Shown piece after piece: positions 10,735 to 23,300 of a DNA stretch of 64,000 nt. Below the pieces are notes generated by a model that was given only the letters and a program-made list of their open reading frames with translations, was not told where the DNA came from and did not search any database. Each line of letters opens with the position of its first letter. Positions within the stretch are counted from its first letter, which is position 1. Source of the stretch: Takakia lepidozioides. Its lineage: Eukaryota; Plantae; Bryophyta. A program made the translations under genes and the position numbers. The stretch covers positions 80,166,001-80,230,000 of the forward strand of contig CM060732.1 of NCBI GenBank assembly GCA_030704615.1, written 5' to 3'.

Positions 10735-12722
10735 GCTATACTGTCAAAATCCAAACTCGAAGACCGCCCACCGCCTCTCCTTCCCTCTCGCACCGACGCC
10801 CATCTGTACCGGATTCAGTCCGAGCCAGGCGGGGGCTCCTTCGCACCGCGGGGCTGGAATGTGCAGAAGTGGGAGGAGGTGATGCTGCCTCGGCGGTCGA
10901 GCGCTTCTTACTAGGCGTGGACATAGACCATGACAAAGATGAAGACGAGCGAGGACATAGACCATGGACCAAGACAAAGACGAGCGAGAAGACCAAGACA
11001 TGCAAAGGAGGAAAGAAGGACAAGGAGGGGAGTGTGATCACACACCCCCCCGATCTGTAGTGAAGATCCGGCCGTTGTTGATTTCAAATATGAACACGTG
11101 TCGTGCATCCGACACTATGGCCTTTTTCGACTTTGAGACGTTAAACCCTAAACCACTTACAATCCCCAGACAACTAGATGTAGTGATTCACACAACTGAC
11201 ATGGATCCGTTAACTTTTTTCGTTCAAAATTAGGCGAAGGAAAACACACTGCAATGATGCCGTGTATGGCTCCGCTTTACATGCATTCTTGGAGAAAATG
11301 CGCATGATGTGTGAGAAGTGAACACAGTGCTCTGCCAAATGATTCAGCAAAAACAAACTCAACTGTAGTGGTTCTCCCATCGCAGAGAAGGGTCCATTCG
11401 ACACCCATCGCAACCATGCCAGGTTGAGGTCTCACACACACACACTACACACCGAGAATTTGCGAACCCACATCAGCTGGGAGAACATGGAAAACAACCG
11501 TGGATCACATGCAAGCATGAATGAGAAATGGGTTTATGTTACATGGGAGATTTTGGTGTACGCAGCGCGACATGCAACTCTGCTACATACTCCATAAGGC
11601 TGTGTCCAAGACACAAGTGGACAGGGGGAGGCCGGTGAGTCTGTACCACAATGGTAATCATACAGCAGGAGGGTACTGCTGCCTCCCACAACGTGCAAAA
11701 GCCGCCGGCTGCAGGATGCTAGGCATGCGAACTCGGGCACACACACCTCCTCCTCTCCACCCACTGCCGTCCCAACCAGTGCAAAACAACCGTGCATGCA
11801 TTGACTGCCCTCTGGCTTTCTCTCCAGCATTTGGGGTCTGCGATCTGCTCACGTAAGTGTCTTTGAATGCGACGATCAAAGGATCCGGTCACTTGCAGTT
11901 GCCGTCTCAAGGGCAGCATTGCAAGAATCAGAAATTAAGTAAGAAAGATGGTGGAAGAAGCTGCAAACAGCAAATGAGTGAAGTGGCAGGGCGATGCTCC
12001 ATTTTTAACATGCTCCCCTTCCCGCCATGGTGATAGAGCCACACAAAATGGAACTCCCTTCCCGCCAACGGTGCAATTTCACGGCAACGGAACGGGATTG
12101 TCCGCCGAAACGTGATTTGGAGATGGCCTAAGACAAGTGGCGCAGGTTCTGGCCTTGTAGTCAGGTTGTTCACACTTCAATGCACACATTTCATACACAT
12201 TCAACCATATGCCCAAGATCACAACGTCTCAATCATCATGAAAATTGAAATTCCACGTACGTCCTCCGATTCCTCACACACACACGAACTGTAGAGACAG
12301 GTCGTTTTCCAGGATGTCGTTGTTTGAGTCGATTTTGGTCATTTTTCTCAGTGTCTTGTTGAAAAGATTCTAGTTATGATGGGAAGCATCGTGATGGCTT
12401 TTTAATGGTTTGCTGTTGAGTGTAACTTTTCATCATGTTGTGGGAATCTACCGGTTGGTATAAAATGTCAACTGTCTTCTCTGCCAAAGGATGTGCGGCT
12501 GAACCTTTCAAAATTGAGATTGCAGGAGGAGGGAATTGACGGTAGTGAAATGGGAGTGGCAGAGCCAAATTGAGGAAATCTCTGCAAAGGAGAATCCGGC
12601 CCCCTGCAACGGCGTGCACAAACAGCATTGAAGAGGCTCCCCAACAAAAATGAGTTCCCCTCGCCCATGCGGAGGACTTCCAATTAATCACCCCTGACAT
12701 AACAGAACACCGAGATGACAGG

Positions 12723-15700
12723 TTGTGGGAAAGAGAAGTGGCACGTGCCCGAGCCCTTGGGCTTTCAAGGATGCCATGCCCATGTGAACGTTGTTTGGGC
12801 ACTACAAGTAGATCTGAGGACGATGTGCGCACACATCTCCTTCACCACAAAAGACATGAAGCATTTCGGGTGTGGATTGGAGATGGACCTGCAGACGAAG
12901 ACGATGAGGAGTGGGCACAATTGGACAATGCACACCCCCGAGGGAGCCATACAGACAGGCCAGACGAGGACTATGTCATGGGCGCAGGACATGAACCAGG
13001 CATGGACGGAGGGTGGAGATTACTCGAATGTTGCAGGAAGCATTCCACATCATGGACGATGCTGAAGAGGGGGACGGCGCTGCGACAACTGGGGATGGTG
13101 ATGACGCAGGAAATGAAGGCATTCACGTGGGGGAAGGCGTGGAAGGAGGTGGAGATGGAGAATTGAATTCTGCACACATGACACCTAGAAGAAGCATGTG
13201 TGCCACTGTACGAGGGATGCAAATCCACAAAGCTTGCTGCCACCATGCTGTTGATGAACCTGTGCACAACCCACGGTGTCTCAGACCATTTTGTGGACGA
13301 GTTGTTCTCTTTGCTTCGGCTGAACTTGCTTCCACAACCAAATGAAATGCCAAAAAGCTGTCACATGGCCAACCAAATGATTGGGAAGCTCGGCCTCAAC
13401 TACGTGAAAATACATGCATGTCCAAAAGGACATGTACTTTTCAGAAGAGAGTACAAGGATGCTATGGAGTGCCCCAAATGCGGTGCAGCCCGATACCATG
13501 ATGTGGGCAGGTTACAACAGCCAGCCAAGGTGTTGAGGCACTTTCCCCTTATCCCCCGTCTATTACGAATGTACAAATGCAAGACCATTAGTGAGCTCAT
13601 GACTTGGCATTCCAGGAATGCCTCAAACGATGGTTTGGTAAGGCATGTCCCAGATTCCCTTGCATGGAAGCATATAGATGCAACTTGGCCCGATTTTGCC
13701 GAGGACCCACGCAATGTGCGATTGGCTGTATCTACGGATGGAGTAAACCCATACGGATCAAAGAGTTGCACATGGTCCACATGGCCCGTGCAGTTGGTGG
13801 CATACAACCTGCCACCATGGTTGACAACAAAGAAATTCTTTGTCATGTTGTCTCTCTTGATTCCAGGCAAGGAGTCCGTGACAAATGCAAACATAGATGT
13901 GTATTTGCAACCATTGATTGAAGAGCTACAGGAACTATGGATTGGAGTTGAAGCTTACGACATTTTGAAACCAGTAGGGCAACGGAGTTTCACCCTCCGT
14001 GCCATACTCATGTGGTCAATCCACGATTTCCCCGCATATGGCCTTGTTGCGGGTTGCAAGACGAAGGGCTACAAAGGGTGCCCCATTTGTGGGCCCTATG
14101 TGGATTCACGGCACTCAAAGCCACTAGGGAAGACAATATACATGGGGCATCGACGTTACCTTGCAAGAAACCACCCCTACCGACGAGCAGGAAGGCACTT
14201 CAATGGATGTGTTGAAAAGAGAATGGCACCAAATGCTGTGACACCGGAGGAGACATTGCAATTTGCAAAGGAGAAAGAGGCGTTCATGGAGATTGGAGGG
14301 AGAGACGGAAGTAGTGCGGATCCAGCCATGGAGCACGGGGTGAAGCGCCGGACAATCCTTTGGGATTTGCCATACTGGAAGGTGCATGAATCCCCCCCCC
14401 CCCCATTCACTCACTTTCTTTCACATTGTGCTTCCTGGAATTACCTTTACTGTCAGGAGTCCTTCCACCAACTCCTAAGTCAGTGTAACTACTATGCAGT
14501 AGATGTTGAAGTCGTACACCTCACTGTGGAGAGGATCGTGGAGTTGTTGAAAGCAGAATGTAGTAACATGGACAACTTCTGCCACATATTCTACTTTTTT
14601 TGCCCATAGAACTTGGTCTCATGGGAGGACATTTGGCATTTCAGAACCTCTTGCAGCGGTACCTCCTGGACCCCATGCATTGTGAGAAGAACTTCTGCGA
14701 GAACATTCTGAAGACTATCTTTGGGGAGAAGGATACGATAAACGTACGAAAGGACATGGAGATTGAAGGGATACGGTCACATCTGTGGCTAAGGCCTGAT
14801 CCAAATAGACCAGGCAAAGTGCTCATGCCAGCAGCATCATACGTCCTGACCAAATCAGAGCAAGAGGATTTTTTGAAGACATTGGGAGCCATGAAAGTGC
14901 CAACCGGATTCTCGGGTGCTTTCCAAAAGCATGCCATAAACAAGAAATGGTCGGGGATGAAGTCACATGATCTACACGTGATGATGCAACAGATTTTGCC
15001 AGTGTGCATTCGGGGTACGATGGCGCCAGGTCCTCGAACAGCCATAATGCGTGTAAGTCGAGTGTTTAGGAAGATTTGTGCGAAGGTGTGGGATCCGAGG
15101 GACATTACATCGTTGCATGAGGATGTGGCTATGACCCTATGTTTGCTGGAGAAAGAATTCCCTCCATCATTCTTTGACGTCATGACGCACTTGCTAGTGC
15201 ATCTTGTAGAGGAGTTGCATGTGTGTGGGCCCGTAGCCAGCCGGTGGATGTACCCCATGGAGAGGTACATGAAGGATCTGAAGGGGTATGTACGCAACAT
15301 GGCACGGCCAGAGGGGAGTATGGCGGAGGGCTACATCCGCGACGAAGCCCTGGGCTTCATGACAGAGTATATGTCTTCATTTGATGCAATACAACGACGG
15401 GTGTGGGACGAGAACGAGGAAGAAGGAGTTGTAGGCGAGGTCCTAGAAGGTGGTGGAACAAAAGCGTGCCATGAGCCCGCGCCTTCGGGATGTGGCACAT
15501 GATTATGTGCTGAACAACACAACAACCATGACACCATGGAGACAGTGGGTGCCAACTTACATCCCTCCTGTGCTATTCTTAATGGTCTTTGTATGCTGGA
15601 ATTACATATATATTGTCACAAGTCATTCCGGCCACTATGGGAGTGGGATCGTGTACTAACATCGTGTACTAACAGTGTGCTTCAGACGACTACAGAGGGT

Positions 15701-16697
15701 GTTTCGTAGATCATGGTTGTTGCTTGCAAGTGATTATGAAGTAGGGTTGCATCACTACAGTGTGCTGAAAGGACACACACTCTGCATTGTGGCATGCATG
15801 TACAGCACGGTGTTGGTCAGGGGACTGAGTTGCAGCTTCTTCATTTGGTTTCTCCAGAAAGTACGCAGCGGAGAAGGTCCGCCTGAAATGGAACGGAGTG
15901 CAATTTGCAAAAGCATGGCGGAGGGCGGTCGTAGGCGCAAATCCCCGGTGGAGTACCCCACAACCAATGGAGGAGCTGCAGCCCTTTACAGTGTGGGTCA
16001 GATCTGCAATTGCAGTGTACGCATCAAGAGAACAGGACCTAGATGAGGGCATGGTGAGTCTGTCATTCTCCCCAGGGTTGATTGCCACTTCGTACCGGTC
16101 AATTGAAAGCATATGGCAATCACTATAGAGTAGACGATGCCAACACCAGCCTCCTGGTGACTTATGACAGCGGAGTGGCATCATTTTTTTGAACAAGAAA
16201 GTAGGAGCTGTGCACGAGATCAGAATCCAATTTCATGCCATGTGCAATATGTAGGAGTGATCAAAGAGATCTTTAAACTAGACTATGGTCTTGTGAAGCC
16301 AATTCTATTCTGTTGTTCTTGGGTAAAAGCCAATATGGTAGGAGAGAATGCCACCATGAAACGGGATGAGTACGGGTTCCTCCTGCTGATTTCAGAAAAA
16401 TGCTAACCACAAGATGAAGAGCCATTCATCTTCTCATCGCAAGTTGAGCAAGTTTTCTTTTCAGATGATACCCATGCGCCGGGAATGGAAGGTGGTTCTC
16501 ACAAGACCCGGGCCAAACGAGTCGTGGCGACGTCCATGATCTGGACCTAGGGGAGAATGCCGACCACGGGTCTGAGGGAACCACGAAATCTACCAGATAC
16601 GGCCGAACCAGTCTCTTTGGAAGGAGCAGTTACCTTTAATGAGGAAGACATTCCAGGGTTGGTAATTACCGCAAGGCAAATTGCAGATGTGGAGTGA
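12723..16697 (+). pseudogene. CACTA Tnp2 transposase (transposase-associated, Transposase_21, DUF4218-like and DUF4216-like regions) with introns and frameshifts
   Basis: MPCPCERC..VRTHLL; HACPKGHVLF..CPKCGAARY; DPRNVRLAVSTDGVNPYG; intron 14382..14644 joins LPYWK|NLLQRYLLDPMHCEKN; FFDVMTHLLVHL..WMYPMERYMKDLKGYVRN..PEGSMAEGY; YVGVIKEIFKLDYG..LFCCSWV. Confidence 0.93.
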
Positions 16698-17554
16698 AGG
16701 GGAAGATTATTTGGATATAGATAGTGAGCCCAGCTGAATCTCAGTGTCCATTAAGCAGCAGCTCATAGACGAGAGCTATGCTAAGGACTCTTACTGTCCT
16801 TAGAACCCATTTTGTACAGTCCTGCAAGCGCGCAAGGGCGAGACAGTTAATAGTATCGATAATGTCCTGGTATGTGGTCCGTACTGTCTTGTGAACAAAC
16901 CTTTTTTTGTTTGCCAATATTGTTCTCTGACATGTGAAGAGAGGATCGTCTTCATGTACGGGAAGTAGACGTGAATGTGTGCATGCATTTTCTGGCCCAG
17001 CTGCATGCTTTCCAGGGACAAAGACCAGTCTCCAAAGGAGCAGGACCGAACGACACCTTTTTGTGCTTCCCCTTGCTTTCCTTCTCACCGTTGTTGCATT
17101 CTCCTACCTGCCCAACAGCAGCACTCTCGAAGCAATAGCATGACATATGTTGCAACATGGTCTTCTTCACCAGCGAATGAGCTTTTTTGCTATATGTACT
17201 GCCGCGTCCACATTAACGTTGATCCCTGCAATCACTTGGCAAGACACCCCAGAGCCGCAAATCCAGCAACCACCACAAACATATCTAACTGATTGTAGTG
17301 ACACGGGAATAGCTCACTTGTAGAGGAATTGAACCTCGAGCCAAATGAATGGCTCTGCCTCTTGTAGCACAAGTGCGATGCAAAAACAAGGAGAGTATAA
17401 AATGAAGAAGCACTTACGAGGTCCCCATCCCTCGGATGGGCTCCCACTTGTGCTCTGGAACTGTGCAGGCCTGACTAGCACCAAATTGCATGAATCCTAA
17501 GCCTGAATGTCAAATGCAGGTTTATGTCGCGATGCAGCACGCCATCATCTAACC

Positions 17555-17760
17555 TGTAGTTTCCAGTTTCACTGGTGTCACAACTGCCTTCAAGTCAACA
17601 TCAAAATTAAGTCCACCTATGCACAAATCGCAGAATGTCTCATGACACCATCTGCCGCCGCTGGTTTGGCATGATATGATTGTAATTCACAACCTTAATG
17701 AACGCTTTCAGCCTTGACCTCTTTGCGATCTTCTTCTGTGACTGCTTCTTCATAATTTAT
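17555..17760 (-). pseudogene. RPL27: Captured fragment of 60S ribosomal protein L27 (copy 1)
   Basis: The minus strand reads MKKQSQKKIAKRSRLKAFIKVVNYNHIMP and, after an intron-like gap, NFDVDLKAVVTPVKLETT. Confidence 0.8.
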
Positions 17761-17995
17761 GAAAGGGAAAAGCAGCTACACATCAAATTCTTGCAAGTAC
17801 AGGGGGGTATTCATGCCTCCTTGGAGAAAGAGTGCCATAAACACAGACACATCCTTAAATGTAAAAATGGAGAAGCGAACGTCTGGTGGCAATAACTGCC
17901 TAAACCAGAATTATACTCCATTCCAGCGCACATGTAAAGGGTCGGATGATAACTCGGAATCCCAGTTGGAGATAATGAGACGAATACATGACTAT

Positions 17996-18230
17996 CTTGC
18001 GAGTTTCAACTTTCTTGGAGGTAGTTTCCAGTTTCTCTGGTGTCACAACTGCCTTCAAGCTGGGTTTAGATGAATTAAGTCCCACTCGCAAATGCAGAAT
18101 GTCTCCCCTCATCTGCGTGGGCAAAATGGGGTTTGGCATGATATGATTGTAGTTCACAAACCAAAGGGCATATTCTTCAGCCTTGACGTCTTTGCGATCT
18201 TCTTCTGTGACGCCTTCTGCATAACTTGTG
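17996..18230 (-). pseudogene. RPL27: Captured fragment of 60S ribosomal protein L27 (copy 2)
   Basis: MQKASQKKIAKTSRLK..VNYNHIMP..LKAVVTPEKLETTSKKVETRK; direct repeat of copy 1. Confidence 0.75.
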
Positions 18231-19040
18231 AAATGGAAAAGCAGCTACACATCAAATTATTGCAATGCCACTCAATGGCACTATGAACGTTTCGAGCATG
18301 CTGTCAGAAAACTAGACGGGCAAAAACCCAATTCAGCAGCCTCACCTTGCGTGGATACTTGGGAATTGATGCCAGAAGGGCATGCCCGTATGCGCGCTCC
18401 ATCGGCCTCTATCCAGCACATTCTGTAAATGATGAATGACCAAGACCCCGATGTCACACCGTTCTGAGAAGCCACTACGCGCGCTCACAGTATACGAAGG
18501 CCTTGCCGTGTCAGGATTTCCATTCCCACGTCCCGCCATGTCCGACGCAGCACTTGCATCCTTGTCTCTGCCAGGTGGAGGCAGCACGTATTAAAATATC
18601 TATTCCCCCAAGGCCACATTTTGTTTACCTCTTTTTGTGAAAGCCACGTCAGCAAATGTGCTGCCGAGTCATGGGTGCAATGAATGCGCAGTGGTTCATG
18701 GAGTCGTTGAGTCGACTACATATTCACTTTAATGAATAAATATCTTTATTCCATTAATCGAATTAGGAAAGAAAATTTGTAGTCGCATGTGCAGTAATTA
18801 CAACCACTTGTAATTTTGGCTTTTTCAAATTTTATGTATTTACGCAATTCGTAAAATAGCCCGGAATTCTGCTACGACTCCGGAGTCGTTGACCCTACTT
18901 CTGTCCGCCGTCTGAAATGCCCCCGTGGGCCCACATTGTCTGTTTCGACTCTCCAGTAGTCCCGTTTACTACCAAGTGGTTCCCGGAGTGGTCGCGGACA
19001 TGCAGTCGAATCGGAAAAGACACGAATGCTTCTAGTGTAT

Positions 19041-19750
19041 ACCTCCTCCCGGCTAGGCCACCCAACTGAAATACATCATCCTGATTGTCCACCAGGACTA
19101 CCCCAGAAGTCACCATACTACACTCAATGGCTGGTCTAGCTGGCAACTCCTGCAACCTTGCAGCTGCCGCTTGCCATGGCGCAGCTGTGGCTGTTTTCAC
19201 CCTTGAATCCAAGGCATCCATGCACTGCACCTGATCCGCTATCCCCGCAGATAGTGCTGATGCATCACCACTCTCACAGAGTGCAGCTGCCAGTCTAAAC
19301 ACTGCAGCTGGCCGCATCCCGGGCATTGCAATTGTCGTGGCAGAAAACAATGGAGCTTGGCAAATTGCCGTAGCCGCCCCCAACAATGTACTGGCTGCAC
19401 CTTGCTTTGCAGTATCACCTACTGGCATTTCCTGAGCCATACCAACTCTCCCCAATGACACTCGTGGCTCTACTTCTGACACACTTGGGCGAGCGGGTGC
19501 CATCGATGGCATAGTTGGCACTGTCTTAGCCAATGTGAAAGATTGTGGAAGCCTTGTCTGCCAACTTGCTTCCTCTTTGTGGATCAAAATCCACATCCGC
19601 TCCTCTGGCTCAGGAACAGCTGTAGAGTCCACATGCAATGGTCCTGCAAGTGCGGCTCCACACATGAAGCCCATACCCATCTGGTCTTCCCTAGGCATAG
19701 GAGGTTGTGTAGGTGGGGCTTGAACCTCAAGCCTTGGAGCTGGCGCAACA
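19041..19750 (-). pseudogene. Gag-to-protease linker region of the Gypsy element, on the far side of the CACTA insertion
   Basis: ORF 18895..19698 reads into the right CACTA TIR; its frame is continuous with the protease once the CACTA element is removed. Confidence 0.75.
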
Positions 19751-20349
19751 TGAGTAGGGTGAATACAAATGATATGGAATTTATTTCATCATGCCCAAGT
19801 AGGACTGCTTGGTGGCATATTGTGATTCTGACAAATTGCAGGTTTGTCTTTATGCCTTGGCTGATGCATGACCTGCCATAATTAATGGCTGAAAAGGTAA
19901 GATGCTGCAACCTGTGGGTCATATCCAAGATGTATGTGTGAAAACGTGTCTTAATAGGGCAGGCTGGACCATGGTACCTTGCCCTTTGCATGACCTCAGC
20001 ATTTTTATGCTCCTTCAATACATGACCTGCTGGTAAGGTATGTGTGCAGGCTGAACCAAGAGGCCTTGCAACCTGCACAAGGGCAACAATATCTTATCTT
20101 GTCCCACACATGAACACATGATTCATTGGCGAAGATGGCCGGATCTCGGGTGTTCAAGATGCTTGCATCCCCTACATGAAAACCCCGCCCTCCCACCCTA
20201 TTTTATCATGATTGATTGGGTGATGTCAACTCATGGAAGCTATGACAAGAATGGAAATGTTAGATGGTGCCCTGTTTTGGGTTGTTTGTCTTTAATTGAC
20301 AATGACCCTAGTGGGTCTTGTCCATGTCTTGACATGACATGAATATCTC

Positions 20350-23300
20350 TCCTCTGGAATGGGGGTTATGGAATTGTTGTCCCGACTTCCATCTCTGAAA
20401 AAATTGAACAAAATTGAAAAAATTGGTTGCAGGGAATTTTGGAGGTTTTCATCCAAAAATACATTTTTTTCCCTAGTGAACATTTCTTCACTAATACCTG
20501 TGAGGTTTGCTTCATCCGAAACATCAAACCGGAATATGGTCTGATTGATTGCAAAAAAAAAACTACCGTCAGTTTTTAATTTTTCAATCCAACCTGGATG
20601 AAAAAAAAACTTCATCTGACAGGACCTAAATACGGGGCAAGACAGGTATAAAAAAGTTTTTATATAAAAACCCCCGATGTTTTTCTTCTAACCTAGATGA
20701 AAAGCGGACTGCATCCGTCTAGTGCAAGTCAGGATGAACGCGCGATGTCTTTTATCTTCCGCGAATGAGAAACTGACAACGTCCGTGGGCATACAGGCTG
20801 GCGGATTGTTTTTCATCCTGAGAAGGATGAATGACGGGCCAGAGCCAGACAGGGGGAAGGAAAAACCCTGGGTAACCCTTAATGTCTTGCTTTTTGTTTT
20901 TTTTACGCCTTGCGAGAGTGCGCGCGATTTGCTGCACAAGGAAACCACTGCAATGATGGCGGAGGTACCACCTGCCTGCTTATGAAGTTTCCTAAGAGCC
21001 CTCCTCTGGATCTTTGATGAATGGCGAGTCTTGGTAGAACAAGGAAAGGTCTCTCTCTCCATCCCTTTATAAACCCTACCTTTTGAGACCAAGTTTTTTT
21101 TTTGGTGCTTGGCAAGCCTTTGTTTTGGTTAAGGTAGCAGTGTTGTGGTGCTGGCGGAGACCTCCCTGCACGGTTAGGCTTGTGGAGAGATGACGACTCT
21201 CCCCAAACTAATAAAAAAAAGGTTCTTTTTCTATTGTCTTGCTTCCCTGCTTTCTTTGGCATTCTCTGCGCTTAGATTGAAGTGTATTTGACCTCGATAG
21301 CAAGTGTGGAAGCCTGATACTCACCTCGTGCATCCTCACTAATTCACAATACGTTGTGGTTGTTTTTGGGACGGGCACAGGTGAGGGCTTCCACTTAATA
21401 GTCTGATGTCTAGGCTGCTGTGGATGCCAAGTGGGATTGCAGAGCAGGGGAAGGATCGCTTGCCAGGGACTCATCTTAAAATGTTGAAAAACTAAACTAC
21501 TCTATGGTTTTTCTTGATCCTACCTCTTTCTTCCTTGATTTTTGAAGAACAGTGTAATGCTTTCTACGATGGGCTATTTCGGCCTTGCCAGTGGAAAACC
21601 TCTGTTTTGTTGTGACAACCAGGTTTATGATGGCGTGTGTGAGAGACACACATCTGTTTTCCAGGCACTAGTTTTCTTGGCTTACCTTATGGTAGTTGGA
21701 AACAAATTGAGAGGCTGCAAGGAACTGTTTGCTACAGCTACTCGGGTACCCCTGTTGGTAAAATGCCCCCAACATGGCTTTGTTAGCTAGATGCTTAGGC
21801 CAGGGTATGTTGAAGTTTCTGCTGTGGATATTCGGACACTGAATGATGAAATATGGCAGCAATATAAATGGTAAGTGGGTTTTTGAGGCAGCCAGGGGTG
21901 GTCAAGTGGAAATACCCCCTAACATGTTGTAATGACATGGTCAAATGTGGAATGATGTGAAGGGTTTGTATGTATATATATTGTCACAGGATGTGTATGC
22001 AGTCCTTTATCCTTACCTTGTTAGGTCATGAACTTTGATTTTCAGCTGTAGCAAGAAATAAAGGTATAGGGGTATTCTGGAAAACTTACTGGACATATCC
22101 ACCTCCCCTATGGGGGCAAGCTGTGCTGCATACCAGTCTAAACAAATACTGGCAGGGCAAGGTATTTTAAATCTGTGATGTCCAAGTGTTCTTTTTGTTT
22201 TCTCTGTTTTCTTAATAAACCCTCCATGACACCCATGGGGTTTGAATAAGTATGCTTGGATTACAGCTTGTGGACAATAAATCTGTATGACCATTTGACC
22301 TGCAACACATCAAGGCCAAAATATGGCCAAGTACCCGCCATCCCACCCAGACCTCTGAATGTGTATCATGATCATGACTGGTGGTCAATCAGCATCAGTG
22401 ACATACTTTTTGGGTTATGAATAATACTGACATGAACACATTACTGTGCATGGATGTAATTCTAGATTTTCTAAGCTTGGTGATTGATGGATGGTGCCAC
22501 TGTTAAGTGGCTGATATGTCTGATTATTCTTCTTATTCATGACAACAACCCTAGGGGTCCTGTCTTTGTCTTGACATGACAAAAAGTATCTTCCTCTCCC
22601 TCTCTCTTTTTAACTTTTTCTCCAAAGGGGTCAACTCTGAGGTTAGGAAAACTATGCTTTGTCGCATTATTAGACCTGCCTTGAAGTACGGATCTGCAAT
22701 ATGGGTTGATAAATCTGACTTAGAGGCTGTAATGTCCAAAGCCATGTCTGTTGCCATGAGATTGTCTGATGAAAATGAAGTTAGGCAAAAAACTTCCCTG
22801 AACTTGTTTCCAGTCAGTGACATGGGGGAGGACATCTTGGATGACCTCAAGGGTCTACCCACTCTCGGCACTAGACTGAAATTTAAACTCAGGGCAGGAA
22901 GCCTACCTTTGAACAACAAACAGAAGCAGAGAGGAAAGAGAGAGTGCAATTGCCCGTTGTGTGGCAATCTTAAGACAATACTCATTTTCTGATACACTGT
23001 CCGGGGTTCTCTCACCAAAGAGACTCTCTCTTCAAATCTATAGAGGGAATTGTGCCTGTACCTCTGTTTACCAACTTTGAAAGTCTCAAGGCTGAGCCAA
23101 AAGCCTAGGCCCTCCTGAGGCCTAGTTATTGGGCAAATCATACACAACAGATTGATGCTTGTGTGAAGGGATTTCTAGAGGATATCTGGAAAACCCAGAT
23201 TAATTCTATATATGAAGGTAAGTCTTACTACCAACGTCAGCCCTGACAGAGGCAGGTTCTGTCCCATTTGTTTCCGCTCAAACTGGGGGAGGGGTCAATG

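Larger units (their letters stand above)
4214..19037. mobile_element. Full-length CACTA (En/Spm) DNA transposon, 14,824 bp
   Basis: TIR CACTAGAAGCATTCGTGTC at 4214..4232 and its exact reverse complement at 19019..19037. TSD TAT at 4211..4213 and 19038..19040. Subterminal ACGACTC/GAGTCGT motifs near both ends. Internal Tnp2 transposase. Confidence 0.96.
1..19750 (-). mobile_element. Degenerate Ty3/Gypsy LTR retrotransposon internal region (gag-like/PR/DNMT/RT/RH/INT), interrupted by a CACTA element at 4214..19037; LTRs not visible
   Basis: Domain order PR (VLLDSGAQP), RT (YIDD), RNase H (LHTDWS, YEGECLA), integrase Zn finger (HAHEELGH...CMV). Removing the CACTA element and one TAT copy gives the continuous frame GGLAGRRY-RPLRVLLDSG, linking 19041+ to 4213-. 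Confidence 0.9.

Noticed and set aside
11143-11154. Telomeric repeat
   Set aside because: Fewer than two units; at most a telo-box.
14641-15300. 219-aa minus-strand ORF and similar shadow ORFs (13400..13894, 58837..59367)
   Set aside because: They are antisense to recognisable transposase frames and show no motifs of their own.
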